64,000 nucleotides of DNA from Squalus acanthias (Eukaryota). The notes under the pieces were generated by a model, which saw only the letters and a program-made list of their open reading frames with translations, did not search any database and was not told the DNA's origin. How positions within the stretch are numbered: the first letter of the stretch is position 1; every line of letters begins with the position of its first letter. The stretch spans positions 142,726,001 to 142,790,000 of the forward strand of contig CM059432.1 in the NCBI GenBank assembly GCA_030390025.1, written 5' to 3'. Of this stretch, positions 11,244-21,657 are shown piece after piece. The translations under genes were made by a program, and so were the position numbers.

Positions 11244-12889
11244 AACATATGTAAGTACATTTTAGGATACAATTTTTCATGTTTCACATAAATTAGTTCT
11301 ATTTTATACACTGCACATGAATTCATTTTGACTGTCATTTATTTTTTCCTCTACAATTACATAAAATCCTTCTAATGCACAGTATTCTTCCAAGTTCCAT
11401 TCACTTACATTGATTTCTATTATGCATTCTCCATTATACAATATTATCCTTCCAGTCTTATAAAGGAACATATCCTCCAACTTCTTGTGCGAAATTCCGC
11501 AGGGGGTTGGTTGTACCTTGATCTTAAATCCACATGAGCAATGCCACAGGAGATCGAGTATATCTTGATCTTGAATTCACTTGAGCAATGCCACGGGTGA
11601 TCGGCTGGTAAAACAAAATAAAGCCTGACTCTTCCTTGCCCAAGTTGAGAATGGCCCTTTTCTGCTTATAGTGATATCATCTCTCATTCTTCTGTAATTA
11701 CGTACTGATTCAGCTCATTATTCTCACATTTTGTAATTGTGCTCTTGTCCCACTCTCCTGCTTTTTGTCAACGGTGGATCAGTCACTCAATAGATGCAAT
11801 CGGCATTAATCCAATTGCTGCCAATATCACGACATTACTTACACAACTTGCAAAGAAATCTATTCCTGAATAATCCTGTGTGGGGTAGTGTTACTGCACA
11901 CTGACTGCTGATTGGGATATGTTACTGCTGGCATCAGTCCAATTCTTACGGTAATTATTTCTGATCCAGACCCCACGGAATATTAAACCCAGTTTTAACA
12001 CTATAGCCTTTGTTGACCAAATTACAAAGTAAAATAATTGTTTGAGGGTGTCTTAGAACTGACCAGCGAGTTGCTGTCTGCTTTTGTTTGGTGGAGGAGG
12101 CGGGGGGAGCGGTGGAGAGCACAAAGTATAAAGGGATGAGGGAGGCAAGCTAAAATTTTAAATAAACATTGACTTCCATGTAAGTTTAATTTATTTGTTA
12201 ATTTTTTTTGGCAAAAAATATTGATTTATTGTAAGGCTATTGGTTCAAAACTTCAGAATTTCACAGATAAACAAATCTAAAAAGCTTCTTTGAAAATATT
12301 CAGATTGATATCTGTCCAGGAATTGGCAATCACTTAGACTTGACAAGCCATGGGGCCGCAGGGGAGGAGCAGGGGAGGGGGAATCTTGCCAACAGAGAGG
12401 AGGAAGGAGGAGAGATTTTGAAGAAGTCAAGTAGATGATGGAGGAATCTAGGATGCATAAAAGAATTGGGCTCTCTAGTCAATCCCAACTTATTTTCAAA
12501 ATTGTGAAGACTGTCACAGGTTTTTCAGAATAGTTTGATTCTTAGCTGTAATCTTGTGATCAGCAACTCTACCCTTCTATGTCAGAACGTAGACAGAGTA
12601 AGTGAGTGGCCAAGACTATGACAGATAGAGTTCAATGTGGGGAAGTGTGAATTCATCCACTTTGAAAAGAATGAAAGACTAATACAGCACCTTTCACAAC
12701 CTCAGGAGTTGGACAAGGAAACACAGGTTCAAACTAGTAAAAGGTCATTTTAGGACTGATATCAGGAGGCTCTCCTGCACATAGAGAGTGATTAACACTT
12801 GGAAATTGACTTCGAGCAGTGAGAGAGCAAAAACCCCAGGAATCATATAAGAAACAATTAGATGCAGCAATGGGTGATTGTAGGGTTTA

Positions 12890-14340
12890 TTTTTATTCGT
12901 TTATGGGATGTGGGCGTCGCTGGCAAGGCCAGCATTTATTGCCCATCCCTAATTGCCCTTGAGAAGGTAGTGGTGAACTGCCTTCTTGAACCGCTACAGT
13001 CCGTGTGATGAAGGTACTCCCACAGTGCTGTTAGGGAGGGAGTTCCAGGATTTTGACCCAGTGACGATGAAGGATCAGCGATATACTTCTAGGTCAGGAT
13101 GGTGTGTGACTTGGAGGGGAACTTGGAGGTGGTGGTGTTCCCATGCGCCTGCTGCCCTTTTCCTTCGAGGTGGAAGAGGTCGCGGGTTTGGGAGGTGCTG
13201 CCGAAGAAGCCTTGGCGAGTTGCTGCAGTGCATCTTGTAGATGGTACACACTGCAGCCACGGTACGCCGGTGGTGGAGGGAGTGAATGTTTAAGGTGGTG
13301 GATGGGGTGCCAATCAAGCCGGCTGCTTTGACCTGGATGGTGTCGAGCTTCTTGAGTGTTGTTGGAGCTGCACTCATCCAGGCAAGTGGAGAGTATTCCA
13401 TCACACTCCTTACTTGTGCCTTGTAGATGGTGGAAAGGCTTTGGGGAGTCAGGAGGTGAGACTCTCGCCTCAGAATACCTAGCCTCTGACCTGCTCTTGT
13501 AGCCACAGTATTTATGTGGTTGGTCCAGTTAAGTTTCTGGTCATTGGTGACCCCCAGGATGTTGATGGTGGGGGATTCGTTGGTAATGCCGTTGAATGTC
13601 AAGGGGAGGTGGTTAGACTCTCGCTTCTTGGAGATAGTCATTGCCTGGCACTTCTGTGGCGCGAATGTTACCTGCCACTTATCAGCACAAGCCTGAACAT
13701 TGTCCAGGTCTTGTTGCATGCGGGCATGGACTGCTACATTATCTGAGGAGTTGTGAATGGCGCTGAACACTGTGCAGTCATCAGCGAACATCTGCATTTC
13801 TGACCTTATGTTGGAGGGAAAGTCATTGATGAAGCAGCTGAAGTTGTTTGGGCCTAGGACTCTGCCCTGAGGAACTCCTGCAGCAATGTCCTGGGGCTGT
13901 GATGATTGACCTTCAACCACCATAACCATCTTCCTTTGTGCTAGGTATGACTCCAGCCAGTGGAGAGTTTCCTCCCGATTCCCATTGACTTCAGTTTCAC
14001 TAGGGCTCCTTGATGCCACACTCGGTCAAATGCTGCCTTGATGTCAAGGGCAGTCACTCTCACCTCACCTCCTTTGCCCATGTTTGGACCAAGGATGTAA
14101 TGAGGTCGGGAGCCAAGTGGTCTTGGCAGAACTCAAACTGGGCATCAGTGAACAGGTTATTGGTGAGTAAGTGCCGCTTGATAGCACTGTCGATGACACC
14201 TTCCATCACTTTGCTGATGATTGAGAGTAGACTGATGGGGCGGCAATTGGCCGGATTGGATTTGTCCTGCTTTTTGTGGACAGGACATACCTAGGTAGTT
14301 TTCCACATTGTTGGATAGATACCAGTGTTGTAGCTGTACT
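12890..14340 (-). mobile_element. 5'-truncated family A LINE with RT domain
   Basis: ORF 13075-14019 has GVPQG..LGP and MFADD RT motifs plus the family A C-terminus and 3' tail. Confidence 0.9.
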
Positions 14341-15008
14341 CGATGGTTTATCTATGCCGTTTCCTCGCCACCAATTCCATCCCCTCCCTGGCCATTGTCT
14401 GAGGCTGAACCAGACAGTTCAAAACCTGTGTGTGCTAATTGACCCCCTGCTTAACTTCCAACCCCATACCCTCTCCAGACCGCCTATTTCCTCCTCTGTA
14501 ACATCGCCCGTCTCCGCCCTTGCCTCAGCCCATCTGCTGCTGAAACCCTCCTCCATGCCTTTGTTACTTCCATACTCGACTATCCCAATGCTCTCCTGGC
14601 CGGCCTCCCATCTTCCATAAAATTGAGCTCATCCAAAACACTGCTTCCCTTGTCCTAACTCGCACCAAGTCCCGTTCATCCATCCGTGTGCTCGCTGACC
14701 TGCACTGGCTCCCGGTCCGGCAATGGCTGGATTTTAAAACTCTCAACCTTGAGTTCAAATGGCTCCATGGCCTCGCCCCTCCCAATCTCTGTAACCTCCA
14801 GTCTACAACTCTCCGAGAATGTTGCACTCCTCCAATTCTTGCCTCTTACGCATCCCCGATTTTAATTGCCCCACTATTACAGCCCGTGCCTTCAGTTGCC
14901 GAGGCCCTAAGCTCTGGAATTCCCTCCCTAAACCTTTCCTCCTCTCCACCTCTTTTTCCTCCTTTAAGACGCTCCTTAAAAACTACCTGTCACCTGCCCT
15001 AATTTCTC

Positions 15009-15322
15009 AAAAGCAAAATACTGCGGATGCTGGAAATCTGAAATAAAAACAGAAAATGCTGGAAATACTCAGCAGGTCAGGCAGCATCTGTAGAGAGAGA
15101 AACAGAGTTAACGTTTCAGGTCGATGCCCATTCGTCAGAACTGGAAAAAGTTGGAGATGGAACAGGTTTTTAAGCAAGTGTAGGGGCAGGGAAAGGGGAG
15201 GAGGGGAGGGAAGAACAAAAGGGAAGGTCTGTGATAGGATGGAAGGCAGGAGAGATTAAGAGACAAAAGGGATGATGGTGCAAGGCAAAAGGAGATGGTA
15301 AAGGGACAAGTTAAGAAACAAA
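15009..15322 (-). mobile_element. Penelope-like element terminal fragment
   Basis: aagcaaaatactgcggatgctggaaatctgaaat...; contains a hammerhead core; atttctc repeated at both junctions with the host L2. Confidence 0.65.
15106..15142 (-). ncRNA. Minimal type I hammerhead ribozyme (degenerate)
   Basis: Minus strand AGUU-CUGACGA-AUGGGC-AUC-GACCU-GAAA-CGUU-AACU: helix I, catalytic core, helix II with mismatch, palindromic helix III. Confidence 0.65.
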
Positions 15323-15421
15323 ATATTTCTCCTTATGTGGCTGGGTGTTAAATATTGACTGATTTATGCTCCTGTGAAGCGCCTTGGGACTTTTTAGTAC
15401 GTTAAAGGTGCTGTAAAAATA

Positions 15422-15904
15422 CTCTCTCTCTCTTTTGGACAGTCCCTTGGAACCGAGGATGACTTGCTTCCACATTAAAAATGAGTTCTCAGGTGACTGA
15501 TGAGTCCAATGCGGGACCTACAGTCTCTGTCACAGGTGGGGCAGACGGTGGTTGAAGGGGCGGGTGGGTGGGGTACTTGGGTTGATGTGCGCTCCTTCCG
15601 CTGTTTGCGCTTGGCTTCCGCTTGCTCCCGGCGAAGAGACTCAAGGTGTTCGGCGCCTTCCCGGATGCTTCTCCTCCACGTTGTGCGGTCTTGGGCCAGG
15701 GATTCCCAGGTGTCGGTGGGGCTGTTGCACTTTTTCAAGGAGGCTTTGAGGGTGTCCTTGAAGTGTTTCCTCTGCCCACCTGGGGCTCTCTTGCCGTGCC
15801 GGAGCTCCGAGTAGAGCGCTTGTTTTGGGGAGTCTCGTATCGGGCATGCGGACGATGTGACCCGTCCATCGGAGCTGATCGAGCGTGGTCAAAGCTTCGA
15901 TGCT
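15422..15904 (-). mobile_element. 5'-truncated RTE-clade LINE
   Basis: QLRWTGHIVRMPDTRLPK and C-terminal CPTCDRDCRSRIGLISHLRTH; paralog of 1757-2395. Confidence 0.85.
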
Positions 15905-15981
15905 GTATAAATACAATGATGTGGAGATGCCGGTGTTGGACTGGGGTGGACAAATGTGAGAAGTTGCACAACACCAGGTTA

Positions 15982-16810
15982 TCGGACGGAATTCCTTATC
16001 GGCGCCCGGCCCCGAATCCTCCCTCGGGAGCCGCCGCCTCACCACTTGAGCCTTCTCGGAGAAATGCCCTCCGTGCCCTTTCAATCCGCACGGAGGCGTT
16101 TCCTGTACGGGCTGCTCCTGCACACTCTCCACTTTGCCATCTTCGTCTGCCGTCCGGACACGCCTTGGCGTACCATCCTGCCGTCCGGCGGAGGCGAAGG
16201 TCCCCATTGGAAGGCTCTCTACGCGGGAGTCTTCCCTTGTTCTATTGGGGACTTGGCCTGGAGGGTGTTGCACGGAGCAGTCCCGTGCAATAGGATTTTA
16301 AGTAGGTTTACGGACTCCCAGGCTGCTTGCCATTTTTGCGGCCTGGAGGAGTCCGTTTATCACATTTATGTTGAATGTGAGAGGTTGCAGCCCCTCTTTC
16401 ATTATTTGAAGGGGCTGCTCCTCAATTTCTGGTTGCACTTCAGCCCCACGCTCCTGATCTACGGTCACCCGGTGCGGAGGGGAGCGGGTAGGTCGGAGGA
16501 CCTCCTCGTAGGACTGCTCCTGGGCCTGGCCAAGAAAGCCATTAATTGGTCCAGGCAGCGGGCGGTCGAGGGGGTCGTTCGGCCCGATTGCCTGCCTCTC
16601 TTCCGCGGCCATGTTCGCGCCCGGGTGGCCCTGGAGATGGAACACGCGGTGTCCGCCGGCACGCTTGAGTTTTTCCGCGACCGGTGGGCGCCGCGGGGAC
16701 TGGAGTGCATCGTCACCCCGGACTTTCAAATTTTAATTTGATTTATTAAGTTTCATTTCAAGTTTTAATTGATTTACAGTAAATTTGCGTTCTGTCAAAC
16801 CAAAAAGATC
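15982..16810 (+). mobile_element. Tx1-clade LINE 3' fragment, copy 1
   Basis: Open frame to 16741 with GDLAWRVLHGAV and zinc knuckle CHFCGLEESVYHIYVEC (zf-RVT); AT-rich 3' UTR; flanked by aacaccaggtta. Confidence 0.85.
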
Positions 16811-16822
16811 AACACCAGGTTA

Positions 16823-17648
16823 TCGGACGGAATTCCTTATCGGCGCCCGGCCCCGAATCCTCCCTTGGGAGCCGCCGCCTCACCACTTGAGCCTTCTCGG
16901 AGAAATGCCCTCCGTGCCCTTTCAATCCGCACGGAGGCGTTTCCTGTACGGGCTGCTCCTGCACACTCTCCACTTTGCCATCTTCGTCTGCCGTCCGGAC
17001 ACGCCTTGGCGTACCATCCTGCCGTCCGGCGGAGGCGAAGGTCCCCATTGGAAGGCTCTCTACGCGGGAGTCTTCCCTTGTTCTATTGGGGACTTGGCCT
17101 GGAGGGTGTTGCACGGAGCAGTCCCGTGCAATAGGATTTTAAGTAGGTTTACGGACTCCCAGGCTGCTTGCCATTTCTGCGGCCTGGAGGAGTCCGTCTA
17201 TCACATTTATGTTGAGTGTGAGAGGTTGCAGCCCCTCTTTCATTATTTGAAGGGGCTGCTCCTCAATTTCTGGTTGCACTTCAGCCCCACGCTCCTGATC
17301 TACGGTCACCCGGTGCGGAGGGGAGCGGGTAGGTCGGAGGACCTCCTCGTAGGACTGCTCCTGGGCCTGGCCAAGAAAGCCATTAATTGGTCCAGGCAGC
17401 GGGCGGTCGAGGGGGTCGTTCGGCCCGATTGCCTGCCTCTCTTCCGCGGCCATGTTCGCGCCCGGGTGGCCCTGGAGATGGAGCACGCGGTGTCCGCCGG
17501 AACGCTTGAGTTTTTCCGCGACCGGTGGGCGCCGCGGGGGCTGGAGTGCATCGTCACCCCGGACTTCCAAATTTTGATTTGATTATTAAGTTTCATTTAA
17601 AATTTTAATTGATTTACAGTAAATTTGTGTTGTCCAACCAAAAAGAGG
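16823..17648 (+). mobile_element. Tx1-clade LINE 3' fragment, copy 2
   Basis: Same 5' breakpoint and protein as copy 1 except one R>W; flanked by aacaccaggtta (16811-16822, 17649-17660). Confidence 0.85.
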
Positions 17649-17683
17649 AACACCAGGTTAAAGTCCAACAGGTTTATTTGAAA

Positions 17684-17721
17684 TCACAAGCTTTCGGAGC
17701 GCTGCTCCTTCATCAGGTGAA
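17684..17721 (-). ncRNA. Minimal type I hammerhead ribozyme
   Basis: Minus strand UUCAC-CUGAUGA-A-GGAGC-AGC-GCUCC-GAAA-GCUU-GUGA: intact core, perfect 5-bp helix II, UCAC/GUGA helix I, palindromic AAGCUU. Confidence 0.8.
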
Positions 17722-18044
17722 GTGAAGAGATACATATAGGCACAGCATATATAGTCAGAGAACACAGCCAGATGATTACAGTTAATCTTTCCAACTGCCC
17801 TTTATCACACCTCGGCAGAGAGATAATCACGGCAATCAAAGGTGTGGATGGTGTCCAAACAGGTCGGTCAGCAAAACATTACATCAAAGACAATGTGGCA
17901 GATGCTGGGGTCTGTATGGAAAACAAAAAACTTTTTTTGCTGGAAATCACAGCATGTCCGGCCGCATCTTGTGTAAATACAATGGCTCTGGTACAGCTGT
18001 CTGCTGAAGGATGCCAATCTTGCTTTGCAACAGCAGCAGCTAGG

Positions 18045-18500
18045 TTTGATTGACAGGGAGCGGAGGCGACGGCTGGACCAATGGGCGGCGGCGGGGGGCG
18101 GGCCGTGTCCGCGGACAGTCGCTGTCAATAAAGTTGCGGCTGTTGGCAAGCTCCTTTTAGCCAAGATGGCGGACTACGACCTGACGATGCGGATCGCCAA
18201 TTTCCTGGACCGGCACCTGGTCTTCCCGCTGCTCGAGTTCCTGTCGGTCAAAGAGGTAACGGAATGGCCCTCCGCCCCGCACACACCCGGCCCCTCGGGG
18301 GCCCGCACCGGCCCCTCACCGCGTCCCCGGGGGCCTGTCGGCGGCCGCACGTGAAGTAGGCCTGAGCCTGGGCCTGGAGTCAGCGCTCGCTTACCTTCAG
18401 CCGGCTTCGTGGAAGGCCCTGGGGTGAGGTTCTGCCCCTCTCGCCGAGATCAGTCCACCCGGGAGCAGCGTTTCCAATCTTCTCTCCGGTCCCGAATGTG
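18045..18500 (+). promoter_or_regulatory. EIF3E: EIF3E CpG-island promoter
   Basis: CpG-rich; CCAAT at 18078-18082, GC box at about 18095-18102, pyrimidine tract ctcctttt at 18151-18158, YY1-type caagatggcgg over the ATG. Confidence 0.85.
18166..18255 (+). CDS. EIF3E: eIF3 subunit E, coding exon 1 ([30 protein letters not shown])
   Basis: Matches the eIF3e/Int-6 N-terminus; good Kozak context; GTAACG donor at 18256. Confidence 0.98.
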
Positions 18501-18549
18501 CCTGGGAGACATTTTACGGTAGCCCCTCCCCCATTCATCGGCCCCTCTC

Positions 18550-18995
18550 AATTTGCACACAGCAGGATCCCACAAGCAGCAATTTGATAACCACATAATC
18601 TGTATTTTATTAATGTTGGTTGAGGGATAAATATGGGCCAGGGCACAGAGGAGAACTCCCTGCTCTTCAAATAGTCATTAAAAAAAAACTTGCATTTCTA
18701 CAGTGCCTTTCATGACCTCAGGATGCCCCAAAGCACTTTACAGCCAATGAAGTACTTTTTGAAGTGCAGTCACTGTTGTAATGTAGGAAACGTGGCAGTC
18801 AATTTGCGCTCAGCAAGCTCCCGCAAACAGCAATGTGATCATCTCTTTTATTTATTGAGGGATAAATATGGGTCAGGATACCGGGGAGATCATCCCTGCT
18901 CGAACAACGGTTTTGGGATCTTTTACGTCCATTTTAGAGGGCCTCGGGTTTTTATTCGTAAGACAACACCTCTGACAATGCAGCGCTCCCTCAGT
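18550..18995 (-). mobile_element. DeuSINE-like SINE fragments (two pieces)
   Basis: Body and tail match 8812-9263. Confidence 0.75.
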
Positions 18996-19244
18996 ACATA
19001 AAGTACATCGCATGAAAGATGCCTTCTTTGTGTTTTTTAAAAAACTTTTCTAAGAAAAATCATACTACACCTTCAATCACTCTGTTGGTAAAAGTTGAAT
19101 TAAATGAGTTTTAAAATATTCACAAGGCAATGGGACTCTGTAGCATAATCTGTCATTGAATAAAAGCTGCTTGGAATGCTCAGTTGCATCATATTTGAAA
19201 CGTGAGTGTGATAAAGCCCTTAATTAGCAGCAGCCACTTGCATT

Positions 19245-20390
19245 CCAGAGGTGAGAGTGACTGCGCTTGACATCAAGGCAGCATTTGACCGAGTGTGGCA
19301 TCAAGGATCCCTTGTCAAACTGATGGGAATCTCGGGGGGCGGGGGGGGGGCAGAGGAAGCTCTCCACGGGCTGGAGTCATACTTAGCACAAAAGAAGATG
19401 GTTGTGGTTGGAGGTCAATCATCGCAGCCTGAGGACATTGCTGCAGTAGTTCCTCAGGGTAGTGTCCTAGGCCCAACCATCTTCAGCTGCTTCATCAAGG
19501 ACCTTCCCTCCAACATAAGGTATTAATGGGGATGTTTGCTGATGACTGCACAGTATTCAGTGCCATTCACAACTCCTCAGATAATGAAGCAGTCCATGCC
19601 CGCAAGCAACAAGACCTGGACGACGTTCAGACTTGGGCTGATAAGTGGCAGGTAACATTCGTGCCACAGAAGTGCCAGGCAACGACTATCTCCAACAAGC
19701 GACAATCTAACCACCGCTCCATGACACTCAATGGCATTACCATCGCCGAATCCGTCACCATTGACCAGAAACTTAACTGGACCAGCCACATAAATACTGT
19801 GGCAACAAGAGCAGGTCAGAGGCTAGGTATTCTGTGGTGAGTGTCTCACTTCCTGACTCCCCAAAGCCTTTCCACCATCTACAAGGCACAAGTCAGGAGT
19901 GTGATGGAATACTCTCCACTTACCTGGATGAGTGCAGCTCCAACAACACTCAAGAAGCTCGACACCGTCCAGGTCAAAGCAGCTGGCTTGATTGGCACCC
20001 CATCCACCACCTTAAACATTCATTCCCTCCACCACCAGCGTACCGTGGCTGCAGCAACTCGCCAAGGCTTTTTCGGCAGCACCTCCTAAACCCGCGACCT
20101 CTTCCACCTAGAAGGACAAGGGCAGCAGGCGCATGGGAACACCACCACCTGCAAGTTTCCCTCCAAGTCACAGACCATCCTGACTTGGAAGTATATCGCC
20201 GATCCTTCATCGTTGCTGGGTCCAAATCCTGAAACTCCCTCCCTAACAGCACTGTGGGAGTACCTTCACCACAGGAATGCAGTGGTTCAAGAAGGCGGCT
20301 CACCACCACCTTCTCGAGGACAATTGGGGATGGGCAATAAATGCTGGCCTTGCCAGTGACGCCCACATCCCATGAACTAATTAAAAAAAT
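19245..20390 (+). mobile_element. Family A LINE, 5'-truncated
   Basis: LDIKAAFDRVWH, VPQGSVLGP, MFADD motifs; frameshifted; family A 3' tail and A-run. Confidence 0.9.
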
Positions 20391-20424
20391 TTTTTACAGC
20401 ATAAAATGTCTTTAATTTAGAAAG

Positions 20425-21145
20425 TATCCCCAAAGGGCTGTGGATGTTGGGAGTCAATTGACTATTTCAAGACTGAGAGTGATAGATTTTTGTTAAGTAA
20501 GTGTATTAAAGAATATGGAGCAAAGGCGGGTAAATGAAGTGGAGTTGCAGATCAGGCAATCTAATTGAATGGCGGAGATAGGCTCGTGGGGCTGAAAGGC
20601 CTCCTGTTCCAAATGTTACAACAGCTGCAGAAATAACATAATAGGTCAACAGTTACAGAAAAATATATCTGACCTCGGGTGTATATTCACAAATCCTTGA
20701 AGGTGGCAGGGCAAGTTGATAAGGCAGTTAAAGCATATGTGATACTTGGCTTTGTAACTAGTGGCATTGAATACAAAAACAAGGAAGTCACGCTAAACCT
20801 TTACAAATCACTGGTTAGGCATCATTTGTGTATTGTGTACACCATGCTTTTGGAAGGATATCAGACCCTGGAGAGGGTACAGAGGAGGTTTACCAGGATG
20901 ATACCAGGCGTGGGGGAGTTGTTATGTGGAGAGATTGGAGAAGCTGGGATTGTTTTCCTTAGAGCAGTGAATTCAAAATTGAGGTGTTTTGAGAGAGCAA
21001 GTGGGGAGATACTGTTTCCTCTGGCAAGTGAGGCGATAACTAATTTGCAGGGTTATGGGGAGAAAGCTGGGTTCTGGGTCTAAATTGGACAGCCCTTTCC
21101 AAGAGCTGGCATTGGCTGAATGGCCCCCTTTGCTGTAAGATTCGA
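20425..21145 (+). mobile_element. Degraded CR1 fragments
   Basis: LYKSLVRHHL...LERVQRRFTRMIPG and two CR1-type 3' ends. Confidence 0.7.
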
Positions 21146-21329
21146 TGAAGGTGAATGTACTGCATGTGTAGCTCAATTCTGTTGTTGCCATTAAGAGCTG
21201 TATATAATTTTTTGTTTCACTGCGAGGGAGCGTACAGTCCACGGGAGATAAAAATGATCATTCTCATTGCTTGCGCTCTGCTGAAGTGACTGCTGCAGTT
21301 GTACAGTTCCACAGGTTTCCAGCAGGCAT

Positions 21330-21560
21330 GTGCCCATTCTTCATGTGTAAACCTAGGCAGTGAGTGTCAGCATGTTGTGTGACCGCGAAAATATCTCACT
21401 GGATCACTGCCTAGCTGTCAGGAATGGGTGCACTGGCTGGTTTTTTTTCTCCCTCTTTGTTAACCCGGAGACATTCCGATCAATTTAAATGCACCAAGTG
21501 CTACCCTACCCAAGTTCAGTTAATCCAGCACTGACTAATGGGTCTCTGCTGCACCTGAGG
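21330..21560 (-). mobile_element. Ancient SINE remnant, possibly LF-SINE-like
   Basis: Minus strand tcagtgctggattaactga...gagggagaaaaaaaaccagccag...cctga resembles remembered LF-SINE-type sequence; highly diverged. Confidence 0.3.
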
Positions 21561-21657
21561 GTTCCTTCACGCACTCGTACGGTGGTCCATCGGGCGAGTT
21601 AATGATCAATTTTAATCTTGTGTATACTTTCTGGGATGAAAATGATGGGTAAGGTGG

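Larger units (their letters stand above)
14370..15420 (+). mobile_element. L2 LINE 3' region, interrupted by a Penelope fragment
   Basis: LADLHWLPVRQWLDFK and RAFSCRGPKLWNSLP L2 motifs; tail gtgaagcgccttgggac resumes after 15322. Confidence 0.8.
15905..17860 (-). mobile_element. Penelope-like terminal repeat split by Tx1 insertions (PLE parts 15905-15981 and 17649 to about 17860)
   Basis: Removing the insert restores gatgccggtgttggactggggtggaca...caacaccaggtta|aagtccaacaggtttatt...gctttcggagcgctgctccttcatcagg, which carries a hammerhead core; right boundary approximate. Confidence 0.7.

Noticed and set aside
15956..17582. Tandem host zinc-finger genes (261 and 265 aa ORFs)
   Set aside because: Starts are non-ATG codons lying outside the homologous unit; the sequence is a LINE ORF2 C-terminus with 3' UTR and target duplications.
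18025..18354. 109-aa ORF as an N-terminally extended eIF3e
   Set aside because: Starts at TTG in the promoter and runs through the exon 1 donor; the conserved start is the ATG at 18166.
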